Position numbers and translations under genes: made by a program. Below the pieces are notes generated by a model, which worked only from the letters and a program-made list of their open reading frames with translations, made no database searches and was not told the DNA's origin. Below, piece after piece: positions 23,370 through 30,246 of a DNA stretch of 64,000 nt. This DNA is from Escherichia coli (GTDB taxonomy: Bacteria; Pseudomonadota; Gammaproteobacteria; Enterobacterales; Enterobacteriaceae). The stretch lies in the NCBI RefSeq assembly GCF_024223415.1, contig NZ_CP100500.1. One strand, 5' to 3'. Each line of letters begins with the position of its first letter. The first letter of the stretch is position 1.

Positions 23370-23402
23370 TGTGCCCCCATCGCTCTGATAGTCTGGTGTC
23401 GT

Positions 23403-23466
23403 CGGGTCCTTCTGGAATTATGGCCCGTTACGGGGCGTCGACCTCGCGGTTTTTCGCTATTTATGA
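23403..23466 (+). repeat. lambda-type cosQ-cosN sequence, left copy (12-mer GGGCGTCGACCT at 23433-23444)
   Basis: CGGGTCCTT..GTTACGGGGCGTCGACCTCGCGGTTTTTCGCTATTTATGA matches the lambda cos junction ..GGGTCCTTTCCGG..GTTACG/GGGCGGCGACCT/CGCGGGTTTTCGCTATTTATGA (from memory). Confidence 0.8.
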
Positions 23467-23480
23467 GCTTTTTTAGAGGG

Positions 23481-23631
23481 AGGTTGTTGTTTAATTGTTT
23501 GTCATATCCATTTGATAACTAAGTAAAAATAAAGAGCAATACAACAACCTGATAGTGTTTTTTTGATGCTAAAAATAAAAAAATACTAATTGAATCAAAT
23601 AGTTTTAAAAAAATACGTGGTTGTTGTATTG
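23481..23631 (+). promoter_or_regulatory. cosB-like region: three GGTTGTTGT(A/T)TT sites in + - + orientation separated by A-tract DNA
   Basis: Sites at 23481-23497 (+), 23537-23550 (-) and 23618-23631 (+). Their order and orientation mirror lambda R3-R2-R1. Confidence 0.6.
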
Positions 23632-23661
23632 CGTATTTGATGGCGTAACAGAAAGTGATTT

Positions 23662-24102
23662 TTAACTTTGCTGTTCTGTAACGACTGATTGTTCCATGCT
23701 GGCACGGCGAACGCTTACGGCATGACGCCACCCAGCCAGAAAGCCAGCCATTTTATTTCGTGCCTTGCTCACATCTTCCGGTGAATAGCCGTAAATATGC
23801 AAACCTTCATCAAATCGCTGTTCTGTTTCTTCACTGAAATACTCGTCGCGCTCTGACGCAATCAACCTGGCAACCATAATCTTTTCCAGTGCGCTGGTTT
23901 CTCCGTGGTACTCAATAGCATCAAGATGGCTTTTACCCATGCACCAGAATAATGTGTGTCCGATGTGATAACCGCCGGACTTTCCGCGATCCGCATCAAG
24001 ATATGGCATGCCCTGTTTGGTCCATGCGCGAATAGTGGTTCTGTTGACCTTGAAATGTTCTGCTATTTCCTGCTGACTCACAAAACAAGCTTTATCAATC
24101 AT
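23662..24102 (-). CDS. Nu1-like winged-HTH protein (small-terminase N-domain homologue; candidate packaging-redirection protein)
   Basis: VSQQEIAEHFKVNRTTIRAWTKQGMPYL aligns with lambda Nu1 VNKKQLADIFGASIRTIQNWQEQGMPVL. The C-terminal half is unrelated to Nu1. Confidence 0.7.
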   Translation of the reverse strand: MIDKACFVSQQEIAEHFKVNRTTIRAWTKQGMPYLDADRGKSGGYHIGHTLFWCMGKSHLDAIEYHGETSALEKIMVARLIASERDEYFSEETEQRFDEGLHIYGYSPEDVSKARNKMAGFLAGWRHAVSVRRASMEQSVVTEQQS

Positions 24103-24169
24103 AATGTTACCTTAATCATGCGATTAAATGTTAATCAAGTGGTGGTGGTGTCACCTTCACGGAAAAACG

Positions 24170-24234
24170 TCATAAATAGCGAAAACGCGCGAGGTCGACG
24201 CCCCGTAACGGGTCCACATGCCGGAAAGGACCCG
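24170..24234 (-). repeat. lambda-type cosQ-cosN sequence, right copy, inverted (12-mer at 24192-24203)
   Basis: The reverse complement CGGGTCCTTTCCGGCATGTGGACCCGTTACGGGGCGTCGACCTCGCGCGTTTTCGCTATTTATGA matches the left copy and lambda cos. Confidence 0.8.
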
Positions 24235-24235
24235 C

Positions 24236-24258
24236 AAAAAAAGCCGGATTTCTCCGGC
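24236..24258 (-). terminator. intrinsic terminator after orf137
   Basis: On the minus strand, the GCCGGAGAAATCCGGC hairpin is followed by a U7 run, 7 nt after the stop codon. Confidence 0.8.
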
Positions 24259-24264
24259 CTTGTC

Positions 24265-24678
24265 TCAGATGGTTTTCAGTATGCGATCGATGTCGCCGTC
24301 ATCGCCCTGGTTTGTGCCATCGTATGCCATGCCAGCTGATACGGCTTTCGGGCTGTGCATGTCCATAAAGTTTTCAAAGGCTGAAGTAAGCTCTGGTGCA
24401 ACCTTCGGGCGTTCCTGCTCTATGGTCATGCTAAGGATGCTTTTAGCCGTACCAACATCGATACAAGGCACGTTAGCCATTGCACGTAACAGCGGCTGGT
24501 AGTCGTCAGATTCATGAAGCGCCATAATCGCATCAGCGCGCGGCTTGTCCTGTTCTTCCAGTTTGTTGAGTCGGTGTATGGCCTCGTAGGTTGATAAACC
24601 TCTGTCAGCCATTGCCCGCGCTTCGGCTTTAAATTTACTCGCCAGCGGTAGCTTCATGATACTTTCATTCGTTGCCAT
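24265..24678 (-). CDS. hypothetical 137-aa head-module protein
   Basis: Strong SD AGGGGGAA. Tightly packed after the decoration gene. No family recognised. Confidence 0.6.
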   Translation of the reverse strand: MATNESIMKLPLASKFKAEARAMADRGLSTYEAIHRLNKLEEQDKPRADAIMALHESDDYQPLLRAMANVPCIDVGTAKSILSMTIEQERPKVAPELTSAFENFMDMHSPKAVSAGMAYDGTNQGDDGDIDRILKTI

Positions 24679-24690
24679 CGTTCCCCCTGC

Positions 24691-25026
24691 TTATCGTGCC
24701 AGCGGCTGAACGGATACGCCGGAACCCGCAAAGGCGGCGCATTTTTTCGCATCGGTGTCGACGCTATCAGGCCAGTTAACGGCGGCAATATTGAATATCC
24801 CCGTTTTGTAACACTGTGCTGATTTCTGCTTTGACGTGTCCACGGGGTGCGAAGTCAGATAAACAGCTTTGCCAGATTCCTGACCATCCCACGCCTTAAA
24901 CTCGCCATTGTCTGCCAGCATCAGCGGGGTAAATTCCTGAATAACGCCAGCATCAGCGGCAAAATGTACCAGCGTCGTGGATACCTGCTGGCTGCCTGAA
25001 AATAACTCAATGTATGGAGCGTCCAT
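24691..25026 (-). CDS. head decoration protein, lambda gpD-like
   Basis: 111 aa. TPLMLADNGEFKAWDG and KKCAAFAGSGVSV align with gpD TPLMLDTSSRKLVAWDG and KKRTAFAGTAISIV. Confidence 0.8.
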   Translation of the reverse strand: MDAPYIELFSGSQQVSTTLVHFAADAGVIQEFTPLMLADNGEFKAWDGQESGKAVYLTSHPVDTSKQKSAQCYKTGIFNIAAVNWPDSVDTDAKKCAAFAGSGVSVQPLAR

Positions 25027-25037
25027 AGAATCCCCCG

Positions 25038-26093
25038 TTAAGCAATTTTGACGGTAACAAATTTGCGAATATCTGCCGGTACCGGCTGCGGTGCGCTGTG
25101 CGTCTGCACGTACTCAATCGCCGGATCGCCGTCCTCAATCCAGTTTTTCGGGTAGTACATGTTTTGCGTTGCGCCCGTTCTTACCGCTTCCTGATCCATA
25201 ATCGCACCATATGCCACCAGCCCTTTATTGTTGGTGTTACCCAGGACCAGCAAATCAGGCTCAAGGAAATATTTTTCGGTGCCGTCGCTGTCAGTGTATT
25301 TGCCGGAATAGACGATAAGGGCCAGATCACCAAGATAGCCTTTAAAGCTCACCACTTCGCCCAGGTTTTTACAGGCCAGCTCGGCGGCGGATTCTGACCC
25401 ACGGGAAAGATCGTACAGTTCACGGAATTTTTTAAAGCTGCGTAATGTGCGCCATACCTCACCGCCCATAATCATGACGTTGGCGGGGCAACCTGCCTGA
25501 TCAGCATAAAGCTCGATGTCATAGATTGGGTCGTGCATGTCTTTATCCTGCTGGGACCATTTTTTACCACTGGCCTGCTGTATGATGCAGTTTTCCGGTA
25601 TTTTCCAGTCGATTTCATAGCGTTCTATGCCTTCGCCCTCAATGATGTTTTTTCCGGTCGTTACCGCATTCACCGCCAGCCATTCAACACGCGCTTTAAT
25701 GGCGTTTACCTGGCGGCGCATGTTGCCAGTAATCAGGCGCATACGGCGATAGGTTGGGTCGTTAAGCTGTGCCGGATCTTCTCCAGCCATGCGCATGATG
25801 GTCTTTGTTGGATCGATTTCGTGCTTTGGCTTCATGTAGCCTGGTTTAATCGTGCTGGTTTCGTACCCTTTATCGCGCTGGACCTGACTACCCACCATAG
25901 GAGAACAGAACGCAGACATCGTAACCTCTTCAATGTCCAGGGTGTCCAGCATGATGTTTTGGGTGTTGAAGGTCGCCACGTTCGGGAAAAACAGCGTGGT
26001 AAACAGCGGACTAAATTTAAATTCCGAAATATCCCCGCGATTCAGGTACGCGAAAAGCTGGTTAGTTGTAAGTGCCGTTGCTTTGCCTGTCAT
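25038..26093 (-). CDS. major capsid protein, lambda gpE family
   Basis: 351 aa. KFSPLF, PGYMKPKHE, YPKNW and HSAP align with gpE KFDPLF, PGYVKPKHE, YPKNW and QSAP. SD GGAGGTG, with a TAATG overlap with the upstream ORF. Confidence 0.9.
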   Translation of the reverse strand: MTGKATALTTNQLFAYLNRGDISEFKFSPLFTTLFFPNVATFNTQNIMLDTLDIEEVTMSAFCSPMVGSQVQRDKGYETSTIKPGYMKPKHEIDPTKTIMRMAGEDPAQLNDPTYRRMRLITGNMRRQVNAIKARVEWLAVNAVTTGKNIIEGEGIERYEIDWKIPENCIIQQASGKKWSQQDKDMHDPIYDIELYADQAGCPANVMIMGGEVWRTLRSFKKFRELYDLSRGSESAAELACKNLGEVVSFKGYLGDLALIVYSGKYTDSDGTEKYFLEPDLLVLGNTNNKGLVAYGAIMDQEAVRTGATQNMYYPKNWIEDGDPAIEYVQTHSAPQPVPADIRKFVTVKIA

Positions 26094-26299
26094 TATTCAC
26101 CTCCGTGAACCTGATTGATACCCAGCGCCGCACGTAAATAGGTGCGCACCTGCCAGCCTGTTGACGGCTCAACCATCGCCAGCGGATCAAGTCCTGCCGC
26201 AATGCCTGCTTTTACATTCTGCTGGTGGCGTTCCTTGAGCGCCTCCACGATGTCGGGGCTTATGTAGACCGTCACCCCGCCTTTTTTCTCTTCTGCCAT
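26093..26299 (-). CDS. hypothetical 68-aa protein, first gene of the capsid operon
   Basis: Translationally coupled to the capsid gene. No family recognised. Confidence 0.55.
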   Translation of the reverse strand: MAEEKKGGVTVYISPDIVEALKERHQQNVKAGIAAGLDPLAMVEPSTGWQVRTYLRAALGINQVHGGE

Positions 26300-26332
26300 A
26301 GTCAGAAATTCCTCTTTGACTTAAAAAATCAT

Positions 26333-26383
26333 AACTGGATGTTCATCCAGTCCTGATTATAATCATGATTGCATTTTGTGCAA
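26333..26383 (-). promoter_or_regulatory. sigma70 promoter of the capsid operon (TTGCAC-16-TATAAT) with an overlapping LexA-like palindrome
   Basis: On the minus strand, the -35 is at 26378-26383 and the -10 at 26356-26361. AACTGGATGTTCATCCAGTC (26333-26352) has CTG-N10-CAG and starts 5 nt after the -10. Confidence 0.6.
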
Positions 26384-26466
26384 TAATGTTGAGTTGTGTT
26401 GCAAATTATGAAATGATTATCCCGATCATGTGTGTCAGTGCACCATAAAAAACCTCGTATACAAAA

Positions 26467-26504
26467 GCCCGATAAGCCCCCTGTGACCTTATCGGGCTTT
26501 TTTT
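26467..26504. terminator. hairpin GCCCGATAAG..CTTATCGGGC with T7 on the plus strand and UUUUGU on the minus strand (bidirectional)
   Basis: 10-bp stem flanked by A/T runs. Confidence 0.7.
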
Positions 26505-26510
26505 AGGCGT

Positions 26511-26532
26511 AAAAAAGCCGGATTGCTCCGGC
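26511..26532 (-). terminator. intrinsic terminator after the PerC-like gene
   Basis: On the minus strand, the GCCGGAGCAATCCGGC hairpin is followed by U6. Near-identical to the terminator at 24236-24258. Confidence 0.8.
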
Positions 26533-26539
26533 TGTGTGC

Positions 26540-26812
26540 TCACTTCTGCGGGTAGTTGCGCCATATTGCTTTGCCAATACCAGCTATCCCCATTTGTTTT
26601 TCAGTGCGATTAACTGACCTTTTCAGAGCGCCTAAATCATCCGGCGGCTCCGGTGGCCTCTGTGCCTTCCGTGAACATTCCAGCCGTCGCATTGCCACCT
26701 GTGCGCGTTCCTTGTCTGTCTCCACCAGCATCATCACTTCACCCCATCGCGCGGCCGCCCTCCGGTAAAATCCTTTCGCCTCCAGTTCCTCCGCTATCCG
26801 GTCATGTACCAT
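26540..26812 (-). CDS. PerC/Pch-family transcriptional activator-like protein
   Basis: 90 aa from MVHDRIAEELEAKGFYRRAAARWGEVM, with SD GAGGGGG. The motif resembles PerC-family A..LE..GLWRRAA.RW (from memory). Confidence 0.55.
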   Translation of the reverse strand: MVHDRIAEELEAKGFYRRAAARWGEVMMLVETDKERAQVAMRRLECSRKAQRPPEPPDDLGALKRSVNRTEKQMGIAGIGKAIWRNYPQK

Positions 26813-26822
26813 CGTCACCCCC

Positions 26823-27233
26823 TCAGAACGGAATATCATCACCGTAAGGGTCATCGCCTCCCGCTGGTGGCTGATTACCCTGTGTGCCTGTGGTTTTGCG
26901 TCTGTTCCCGCCAGGACGTGCCGCACGGGCACTGATTACGCTGTCTGCGATGACCTGCCAGCCCTGCCGCGTTTCGCCGTTCTGGCCTGTCCACTGGCTT
27001 ACCTGCATGTTACCCGCCACGCTCACCAGTTCGCCTTTGTGGTGTCTGGCCAGTGCGTCGGCCTGTCTGCCAAACGCCAGGACGGATAACCACATCGTCG
27101 CCGTTCCGTCATCTGCCTGGCTGCATGGCAGGGGAACCGCCATACTCGCCATCGCCATTTGTGTCCCTTTGCTGGTCTGTTTTGTCTGCGGGTCGTCCAC
27201 CAGCCGCCCGTAAGCCGCTATCTGTGCTGTCAT
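26823..27233 (-). CDS. ssb: single-stranded DNA-binding protein
   Basis: 136 aa with an OB-fold-like N-terminus, a Gly/Pro-rich linker and the canonical acidic tip DDIPF. Confidence 0.85.
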   Translation of the reverse strand: MTAQIAAYGRLVDDPQTKQTSKGTQMAMASMAVPLPCSQADDGTATMWLSVLAFGRQADALARHHKGELVSVAGNMQVSQWTGQNGETRQGWQVIADSVISARAARPGGNRRKTTGTQGNQPPAGGDDPYGDDIPF

Positions 27234-27487
27234 GCTGTCTGCTCTCCGGTTTTAACATTGATGGTTGTCACCTGTTCCGCTCCGGCAATCTCCCGCTCTG
27301 TCAGCGTGGCAAAGTTTGCCGCCGTCGTTGTCATGAATGCGCTTATCAGTTCGGGATGTGCTTTCGCGTATCCTTCCCCCGTGTTGCGGTCGATGATTTT
27401 TATCGCCACCCTCAGCCAGTGCTCTGTAAGGTCAATGGCGCGGTTATGTGATTTCTTCTGATTGTTAAATTTTTCTGATGTGTGCAT
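27230..27487 (-). CDS. hypothetical 85-aa protein
   Basis: ATGA overlap with the ssb start. No family recognised. Confidence 0.5.
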   Translation of the reverse strand: MHTSEKFNNQKKSHNRAIDLTEHWLRVAIKIIDRNTGEGYAKAHPELISAFMTTTAANFATLTEREIAGAEQVTTINVKTGEQTA

Positions 27488-27534
27488 TTTTATTTTTACC
27501 CCCTCGTTTAAAAAGTTTTGAGTTGTGGTGCACC

Positions 27535-27760
27535 TCCTCTACCTCTCTACACAATCATCTTTCAGGTCAGTAATGGCGCGGCTTTCAGCGGGGTAGAGGG
27601 CTTTTTTGGCCCTCTACCCGCCATCTACCACCCCCTCACAAATGCCCTGAATTATGGTAGAGGGTGTAGAGGGCTTTTAAGTACCTTCTACCTGCCATCC
27701 ACCCAATCTATCCACATGAAATATATGTAATTATTTTCTTAAGGTAGAAGGGGTAGAGGG
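27535..27760. repeat. iteron array, at least 10 copies of (G/T)GTAGA(G/A)GG in both orientations; candidate satellite replication origin
   Basis: Includes GGGTAGAGGGC-ttttttg-GCCCTCTACCC (27590-27618), GGTAGAGGGTGTAGAGGGC (27655-27673) and GGTAGAAGGGGTAGAGGGC (27742-27760). Lies directly downstream of the primase-helicase gene. Confidence 0.7.
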
Positions 27761-27773
27761 CTTTTGTCTAAAA

Positions 27774-29522
27774 CTATAAAAACGCGTCGCAGTCGTCTGT
27801 TGTTGTCACGTTGGTTTGCGTAAACCCTTTAATCCTGCGCGTTATATATTCATGACCGTAAACTTTCGCCGCTGGCTTCATGGCCTTGCTGAACTCAGCC
27901 ACGTTCAGCGGTTTGCTCCTGCCTGCATACGCCATAAACGCCAGATAGACGCGGTAAAGGCTGTTTCTGGTCGTGTACTTCACTGAATCGCCACCGCCGC
28001 CCATCATCAGGCCACGTGCTTCCTCCAGAAAATTCAGGAACTGGCAAAACTCAATAACCGGATCCGTCTGTTGCTTTATTGCCAGAGCTTCATCACCGTC
28101 TCGCTGTTCAATGAGTAAAGCCCGTGCCTTTTCAGGGTCGGCAAAGTTCGCCAGCAAGCGGCGGATAATGACAGGGATTTCAGCCGCGATCTTTTCCGGT
28201 AGCTCCCTGTCTTTTTCTGCCTCGCTTACGATGTTATCGAACCGGAATATCACCCGACGACGTGACACGCCTCCTGCCCGTTCGGTGAATATCATCGGGT
28301 TATTATTGGTTGCCAGCACAACCGCCCTGATTACCGCCGTGAATCGCTTTTCATATTTCGGGTTGATTTCCACGGGGTCGCCGCCCGTGATTTTCTTGAT
28401 GCCCGTTCCTTCGCCTGTATATTTCGGCTGGTCTGCCAGGACAATAAGCCTACTCCCGACAACCTGCGCACGCCCACCAGCATCATCAAGCGATGTCATC
28501 TCAGCGCTTACCGTGTTCTGTTTCCCTGCCAGAAGGCTGGCTATGTGTGTGAATGTACTTTTACCGCTCCCGCCGTCTCCGGTGGCCTCAATAAACATCT
28601 GCCAGTCGTACCGGTTCGCCATAATCATGTACAGCGCGGCACATATACGCATCATCTTGCGCGGGTCTTTTCCGGCAGCGTGATCAAGCCATTTATGAAA
28701 GTTTGGCGCGTTGTCGCGGATATTCTCACCTGGTACTGGCGGCGTGTACTCAATGCCGTTGTGTGTGGTGATCCAGTTCTCCGGCGTGTGCGGGGAAAAT
28801 TCCCCCGTTTTCAGGTCAAGCGCACCATTGGCGAACGGCAGCAAATCGCCGGACGGCTCGCCCATTGGTTCGGCAATAACTTTTAACGCTTCCACGGCGT
28901 TACTGATTACGCGCTTGCTGAAAGTGGCCCTGTGCTCTGAATAGATCGCCACCATTTCGCGGCTCAGTTCCATTGTGCTGACCGGACACCATACCCCGCC
29001 GCGCCATACGTGAACGATTTCACTTTCCAGATGCACACAAACGCCATCAAATCGACCAGCAAGCATCTGTGCGCGCTCACTGTCTGCCATTTGTGCCAGT
29101 TGCGTATTTTTCTGCTCCGGCATGGTAAGCCCTGCGGCAATATTTTCACGCTCAGCATTCAGATAGCGCCGCCAGTTTTCACACTTCTGACCGTGCATTC
29201 CTTCAGAGTAAAAATTCGCATCCTGAATATCTGCCGCCGCCAGCTTCTGACCAATCTTTTTGGTCTCCACTAAATCCAGTTCTCCGGCCTGGTACAGCCT
29301 TACGCGTTTTTTTCCATCCGGAACAATTTTCAGCGCATCAAGTTCAGCAAGCTGATTTGGCCCAAGCCACACAGGCGGCACATTATCGCCGGATGCGGGA
29401 CCGTCCTTCTCCTGCCACTGTTGTGCATGCGACCAGGCATCACTACCCGCAAAGATAATTACCTCTGTGTCTTTGTGTTTTATTCCGCGTGGCTGTTTTT
29501 TTACGTTCGGTGCCAGTTTCAT
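27774..29522 (-). CDS. P4-alpha-type primase/SF3 helicase (replication initiator)
   Basis: 582 aa with Walker A GDGGSGKST and a D5_N/P4-family C-terminal layout. Confidence 0.85.
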   Translation of the reverse strand: MKLAPNVKKQPRGIKHKDTEVIIFAGSDAWSHAQQWQEKDGPASGDNVPPVWLGPNQLAELDALKIVPDGKKRVRLYQAGELDLVETKKIGQKLAAADIQDANFYSEGMHGQKCENWRRYLNAERENIAAGLTMPEQKNTQLAQMADSERAQMLAGRFDGVCVHLESEIVHVWRGGVWCPVSTMELSREMVAIYSEHRATFSKRVISNAVEALKVIAEPMGEPSGDLLPFANGALDLKTGEFSPHTPENWITTHNGIEYTPPVPGENIRDNAPNFHKWLDHAAGKDPRKMMRICAALYMIMANRYDWQMFIEATGDGGSGKSTFTHIASLLAGKQNTVSAEMTSLDDAGGRAQVVGSRLIVLADQPKYTGEGTGIKKITGGDPVEINPKYEKRFTAVIRAVVLATNNNPMIFTERAGGVSRRRVIFRFDNIVSEAEKDRELPEKIAAEIPVIIRRLLANFADPEKARALLIEQRDGDEALAIKQQTDPVIEFCQFLNFLEEARGLMMGGGGDSVKYTTRNSLYRVYLAFMAYAGRSKPLNVAEFSKAMKPAAKVYGHEYITRRIKGFTQTNVTTTDDCDAFL

Positions 29523-29818
29523 TTTTTACCCCTGAATACGTTAAGCATCTTTTTTATTTCCTGAATATTGGCGCGTGCTTTCTCCCTGCTGGTTGGTTTA
29601 CTGCGGGGCGCTGCCTGTACCAGAGAAAAATCACGCCGGAACTGATAAACAGGCATCACGCAATCATATTCGTAGCCTTCACGGCGGTAAGTGATGCGCC
29701 GTTCCTCCACGCCTTTAATCGTTACCGTGCCGCCGTACTGGTCGCGGTAAATATCGCCGTTCATAAATTCAGGCCGAGCGGGGCCGCTGGCATTAACGCC
29801 AGTATTTTTCATTCCCAT
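29519..29818 (-). CDS. hypothetical 99-aa protein
   Basis: ATGA overlap with the primase start. Basic C-terminus. Confidence 0.55.
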   Translation of the reverse strand: MGMKNTGVNASGPARPEFMNGDIYRDQYGGTVTIKGVEERRITYRREGYEYDCVMPVYQFRRDFSLVQAAPRSKPTSREKARANIQEIKKMLNVFRGKK

Positions 29819-29822
29819 ATAA

Positions 29823-30065
29823 TTAAATTCCGTTTGTGTGGTGTTTTAATTCGTCAATTTTTTCTAATGCTTTGTTTATCTTGCTGGTGGAAATATCCAG
29901 CAATTCAGAAATAGCAAATATAAGTCTTGCCGTTGATTCATCTCTTTCGTTGTTTGACAGCAATTGAAACCACACGTTTGTAATTTCAATTGCCGAATTA
30001 TTATAGGTTATTGCACTGTTCATGTATTCCGACACCTCTGCAAGCGAAAGTTTATTATTCTCCAT
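29823..30065 (-). CDS. hypothetical 80-aa protein (AT-rich)
   Basis: Predicted helical, with markedly lower GC than its neighbours. Confidence 0.5.
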   Translation of the reverse strand: MENNKLSLAEVSEYMNSAITYNNSAIEITNVWFQLLSNNERDESTARLIFAISELLDISTSKINKALEKIDELKHHTNGI

Positions 30066-30246
30066 AACGTTCTACCCTCTCATCAATTAACCACAGTGCA
30101 ACACTTCCTGACAGTCTTGCCAGAAGGCCAGCTAATGCGGATATATCATCATCATTTAATTTATTAGGGTACGCTTCAAGAAGTCTGCAAATAATTTCGG
30201 TTTGGTGGGCGCGTTCAGCGGCTTCGTGTAATGTAATTTCCTTCAT
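30055..30246 (-). CDS. hypothetical 63-aa protein (AT-rich)
   Basis: Overlaps the next ORF by 11 nt. Confidence 0.5.
   Translation of the reverse strand: MKEITLHEAAERAHQTEIICRLLEAYPNKLNDDDISALAGLLARLSGSVALWLIDERVERYGE

Noticed and set aside
23467-24169. The segment between the inverted cos copies acting as a dedicated invertible phase-variation switch
   Set aside because: There is no adjacent invertase or recombinase, and the repeats are explained by their identity to cos. RecA-mediated inversion remains possible and is kept only as an alternative in the cos finding.
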